64,000 nucleotides of DNA, from positions 53,533 through 117,532 of the forward strand of contig ML992515.1 of assembly GCA_010093995.1 (NCBI GenBank), given 5' to 3'. Source of the stretch: Elsinoe ampelina (lineage: Eukaryota). The notes under the pieces are model-generated. The model was not told where the DNA came from, made no database searches, and worked only from the letters and a program-made list of their open reading frames with translations. Below are positions 60,698 to 64,000 of this stretch, one piece after another (the first letter of the stretch is position 1; each line of letters begins with the position of its first letter). The position numbers and the translations under genes are program-made.

Positions 60698-61008
60698 ATG
60701 CAGAACGAACGTGGCCAAGGCGTCTCGCACGCAAAGGACTCCAGCGTCCCAGGCAAGGTCCAGGAGAAGGTAAGACATCTCGAACACAGTCTATGCATCA
60801 ACCGAGACTGACCTACAACCAGGCTCCCTCCAAGCTCGAACACGAGCTCCCCGACTCCGTCCACGACACCAACTCCAACAAGGACACCGGCAAAGTCAGC
60901 CATGCCGTAGGAGACAGCAAGGTACCCAAGGCACTCCAGGAAGCACTGCCCGAGAAGGTCGAGAGAGCCGTCCCAAATGTCATCCACGACACTGGCCCAA
61001 AGAAGTAG
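60698..61008 (+). CDS. Small hydrophilic two-repeat protein (85 aa); exons 60698-60769, 60823-61008
   Basis: Good ACAATCATG start context and canonical intron 60770-60822 (GTAAGA..ACTGAC..CAG). Internal repeat SHA..S.VP...QE..P...E...P...HDT. Confidence 0.85.
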
Positions 61009-61100
61009 AAGCCATGTGAACAGGGCAGATGCGGCGGACAGGACGCATGATGTATTATACAATTATCGGGTAGGAGTGATATGGAACTCCTTTCTCAACC

Positions 61101-62261
61101 TCAGAATATCAAGTCCCATGTGACCAGAAACGCGCAAAAGATCCACGTGCCGTGATAGAGCATACGCGCTGTGCTGGCTTTCTCGCTGGCTTTCTTCAAT
61201 TCCTTGTTGCCTCGACCAACGTTCTCCTCGGTGAAGAAGGAGTCCTGCACGAGTTGGTCGATGTGGGCGTTTTGTGATTCCAGGTTGGTCATGAGGCTTG
61301 TCTGCAGCTGGGAGATCTCTTCAAGTGATCGGTGAACCGCTCTACACATTTTGTTAGTCTCCGGAGTGTACTTGAGACGTGATAAGGTTGACTGACCTGA
61401 CTTGATCGAGCTGCTGCCCCAGATGCTTCAGCATGCCTTGATTCTCCTCGGCAAACATTTGCATCTGCTCTTCGCTTAGCTGCTGTCCGATATCATCCGG
61501 CATCGAGCTTTCCATGGCTGCTTTGCTCTTCCTGTCCTGCTGCGGCAGCAGACTAGCGTCTACCTTTTCGCCGGCGACCTCAGCACTCTTTGCCTTGTAT
61601 AGCACGCTCTTTGCCTTCTCCTCTTCCCGTTGCAGCCGTGTTTCGATCATGAAAGCTTGGATCTTGCCGGCTTCTTCCAGCCTCTTCTGCAGAAAGAAGA
61701 CTACCCCTTCCCTGTGCGCGCTCACGCTCTTCTCCTTCGCGGCTTGCAGCTCTTCTGCTGGGCTCTTCTCCTGAGCCGCGCCTCCTGCTGCCCATCGTCC
61801 TAATGCGCCAAATCCAGCTCGATTCCGTTTGCGATTTGCAACTAGCTCGGAGGTCTCTTGTCGTACTTTCTCCGCATCTGACAGACTGTTGATAGCTCCA
61901 TTCAGTTGTCGGATCATCATTTTCGAATGCGCGTCGATTTCAGCTCGTTCCTTGTCCGTGAGTGGCCGCGGTGGTCCTCCTTTCTGGCGTGAAGCTCCAT
62001 TTTGGCGATTCGCTCTCGAAGCTGGCGTGGTAGAGAGGTAAGCCGCTCGATTTGCTTTTAGATATCCAGTCAAGTCCGCTATGCGAGCATGCTGTGGCTA
62101 TCGTCAGTACAGCTTCCAAAGCTCAAGATTTCTCGCCATACAATTCTGTAAGCCTCTTTCAAGAATTCGTCCAGCTGATCGAGTGAGTAGCGATATCGCG
62201 TGATGGGCGGCACCTCTCTCGCCTTGAGTAGTGCATTGAGATGCGGCGTTACATCCGTCAT
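61101..62261 (-). CDS. UFE1: ER t-SNARE syntaxin Ufe1/Stx18; exons 62261-62142, 62091-61397, 61341-61101 (351 aa)
   Basis: MTDVT..., DEFLKEAYRI, LTDKERAEID, HREGVVFFL, SNARE motif SL.EISQLQT.L..NL..Q..HIDQL...NV.RGNKEL and a C-terminal TM. Confidence 0.92.
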
Positions 62262-62590
62262 GACTGCGGGATCGCATAGCAGAAGCTCCAGTGGTTGATG
62301 TCCTTCGGCCAAGTTTGTGTGGAAGACCGAGCGGGAATAAGAGAGCCGCCGACGTCGGCACTAGACCCACCAATCAGAATCCAGCAATTCAAGGAAATGC
62401 GACCTCGTTGCCGAAATCCGATCTTTTGCTGTCTCGCATGCGGCCAAACATTTGCACATCAGCGAAGGGGCCGATAGCGTATTGGAACAGGTAGGTAACT
62501 GTTGCAAAATGCCGTGTCTTTCTTTTCCACTCGTATCTTTCCTATCTTCTTCGATGATCACATCTCTTTCAACCCTTGGAGAGACTAAGC

Positions 62591-64000
62591 ATGGACGACA
62601 AGACCACAACACGCGAGCATCAGTCTATGAATGTCCCTCCAGATCATTTGATCAGAACCATCTCGCAGGCGACAGTCGAGCCAGCGGCAAATATTGACAT
62701 ATCAGATGTACGACGAGAGTCGTTCGAGACACAACATGAAGATATCCGGCAATGTACCACGACCGCTCCGTCGGATATGGAGGCTGTCCGCACAGTATCT
62801 ACCCAAGGACCTCTATACTCGGTCTTCACACTATCACAGAAGCGCTTTATAGTCTTCATGTCAGCGATTGGTGGTTTCTTCTCTGCTGTATCAGCAAACA
62901 TCTACTTTCCCGCCCTTAACGCTCTGGCTGTCGATTTTGGCGTCTCAGCATCTCTGATCAACTTGACAATAACGACATACATGATCTTCCAAGGCATAGT
63001 TCCATTGTTGATGGGAGATCTTGCCGACACTGTGGGCAGACGACCGGCGTACATTCTCTGCTTCATCCTCTACATCTCTGCAAATATCGGTCTGGCACTT
63101 TGCCCAGATTATGCGTCTTTACTGGTTCTTCGCTGCCTGCAAAGCAGCGGCAGCAGCACACTCATCGCCCTCGGATCTGGTGTCGTGGCTGACGTTGCCG
63201 ACGTTTCGGAGCGAGGATTATGGATGGGTATCAACACCGCTGGCCCCAACGTATCACCTGCAATCGGACCTGTCATCGGAGGCGTCATCTCCCAATACCT
63301 TGGCTGGCGGTGGATCTTCTGGTTCCTCCTCATCCTATCATGCACCTACATGATCCCTCTCGTCCTCTTTTATCCCGAAACCAGCCGGAACGTGGTCGGC
63401 AACGGCTCCCTTCCACCTCAACGCTGGAACGTCTCCCTCGTCAGCTACCTCCAAGTCCGCCGAGCCCAAAAAGGCTCCCTCCCTCCCGAACCCACACCAT
63501 CCCCCCTGCCCCATCGAAAAATCACCTTCCCCAACCCCCTCCACGGCCTCGCCCTCCTCGGCGAAAAAGAAATCGGCCTCCTCCTCGCCTTCAACGCCGT
63601 AGTCTTCATCCCCTACTACGTCACCCTAACCACAACCCCCTACCTCTTCGCGCGCATCTACCACTTCTCAGACGTCCAAATCGGACTCTCCTTCCTCCCC
63701 CTCGGCGCCGGCGCCATCCTCGCCCCCATCATAAACGGCCACTTCCTCGACCTCAACTTCCGCCGCACAGCCAGAAAACTCGGCATGGCGGTGGACAGGA
63801 AACGCGCGACGGATCTCACGTCGTTCCCGCTCGAGAAGGCGAGGATGCAGGTCCTCATGCCGTTCATACTGCTCGGTGTCGCGTCGACGCTGACGTATGG
63901 CTGGATCATGCACTTCGACGCCCCGCTCCCCGCGGCCTTGGTCCTGCAGTTCATCATCGGCATGTGCTCCACCGCTGCGTTTGGGGCGTTGAATGTGCTT
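62591..64000 (+). CDS. MFS drug:H+ antiporter (DHA1, Qdr/Aqr1-like), runs off the window end
   Basis: Read manually because it is absent from the ORF track: YSVFT..QK..IV, SANIYFPAL, INLTITTYMIFQG, GDLADTVGRRP, LRCLQSSG, GPVIGG.....LGWRWIFW and PETSR. Confidence 0.92.
   Translation, partial: MDDKTTTREHQSMNVPPDHLIRTISQATVEPAANIDISDVRRESFETQHEDIRQCTTTAPSDMEAVRTVSTQGPLYSVFTLSQKRFIVFMSAIGGFFSAVSANIYFPALNALAVDFGVSASLINLTITTYMIFQGIVPLLMGDLADTVGRRPAYILCFILYISANIGLALCPDYASLLVLRCLQSSGSSTLIALGSGVVADVADVSERGLWMGINTAGPNVSPAIGPVIGGVISQYLGWRWIFWFLLILSCTYMIPLVLFYPETSRNVVGNGSLPPQRWNVSLVSYLQVRRAQKGSLPPEPTPSPLPHRKITFPNPLHGLALLGEKEIGLLLAFNAVVFIPYYVTLTTTPYLFARIYHFSDVQIGLSFLPLGAGAILAPIINGHFLDLNFRRTARKLGMAVDRKRATDLTSFPLEKARMQVLMPFILLGVASTLTYGWIMHFDAPLPAALVLQFIIGMCSTAAFGALNVL

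Overview
Eukaryotic DNA from a filamentous ascomycete (probably a Dothideomycete; inferred from short GT-AG introns with CTRAC branch points, RIP-mutated repeats and the gene content). Bases 1-4089 are the 3' part of a heavily RIP-mutated Ty1/copia LTR retrotransposon. Its SH3/GKGY, RT and RNase H motifs are still readable; it has a 699-N assembly gap, a polypurine tract and a 142-bp 3' LTR, and an unusually long pol-to-LTR spacer that seems to hold an extra antisense ORF. The rest is a gene-dense, GC-balanced region with about 25 protein genes. Next to the transposon lie secreted or accessory genes: a GH43 arabinofuranosidase, a GPI-anchored Cys-rich protein, a PAN-PAN-AA5_2 copper radical oxidase and a frameshifted PI-PLC X-domain gene. 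Mostly core genes follow: two membrane proteins, an ACS-family MFS, a DHCR24-like oxidoreductase, NOG1, RpiB, a Nudix hydrolase, CTF1-alpha/FarA, HOS3, VMA9, ARV1, TenA, AAT, an EPS1-like PDI, NDUFA5, NsdC, a 3-hydroxyacid dehydrogenase, a small repeat protein, UFE1 and a truncated DHA1 MFS. Best leads: two back-to-back introns (zero-length exon or poison exon) in ctf1/farA, the antisense cargo ORF of the copia element, long structured introns in VMA9, a recurrent C-rich then G-rich switch at the 3' ends of coding sequences, the frameshifted PLCXD-like gene, and a PTS2-like extension on AAT. All exon/intron models were read by eye and no database searches were run. No rRNA, tRNA or CRISPR array was seen.
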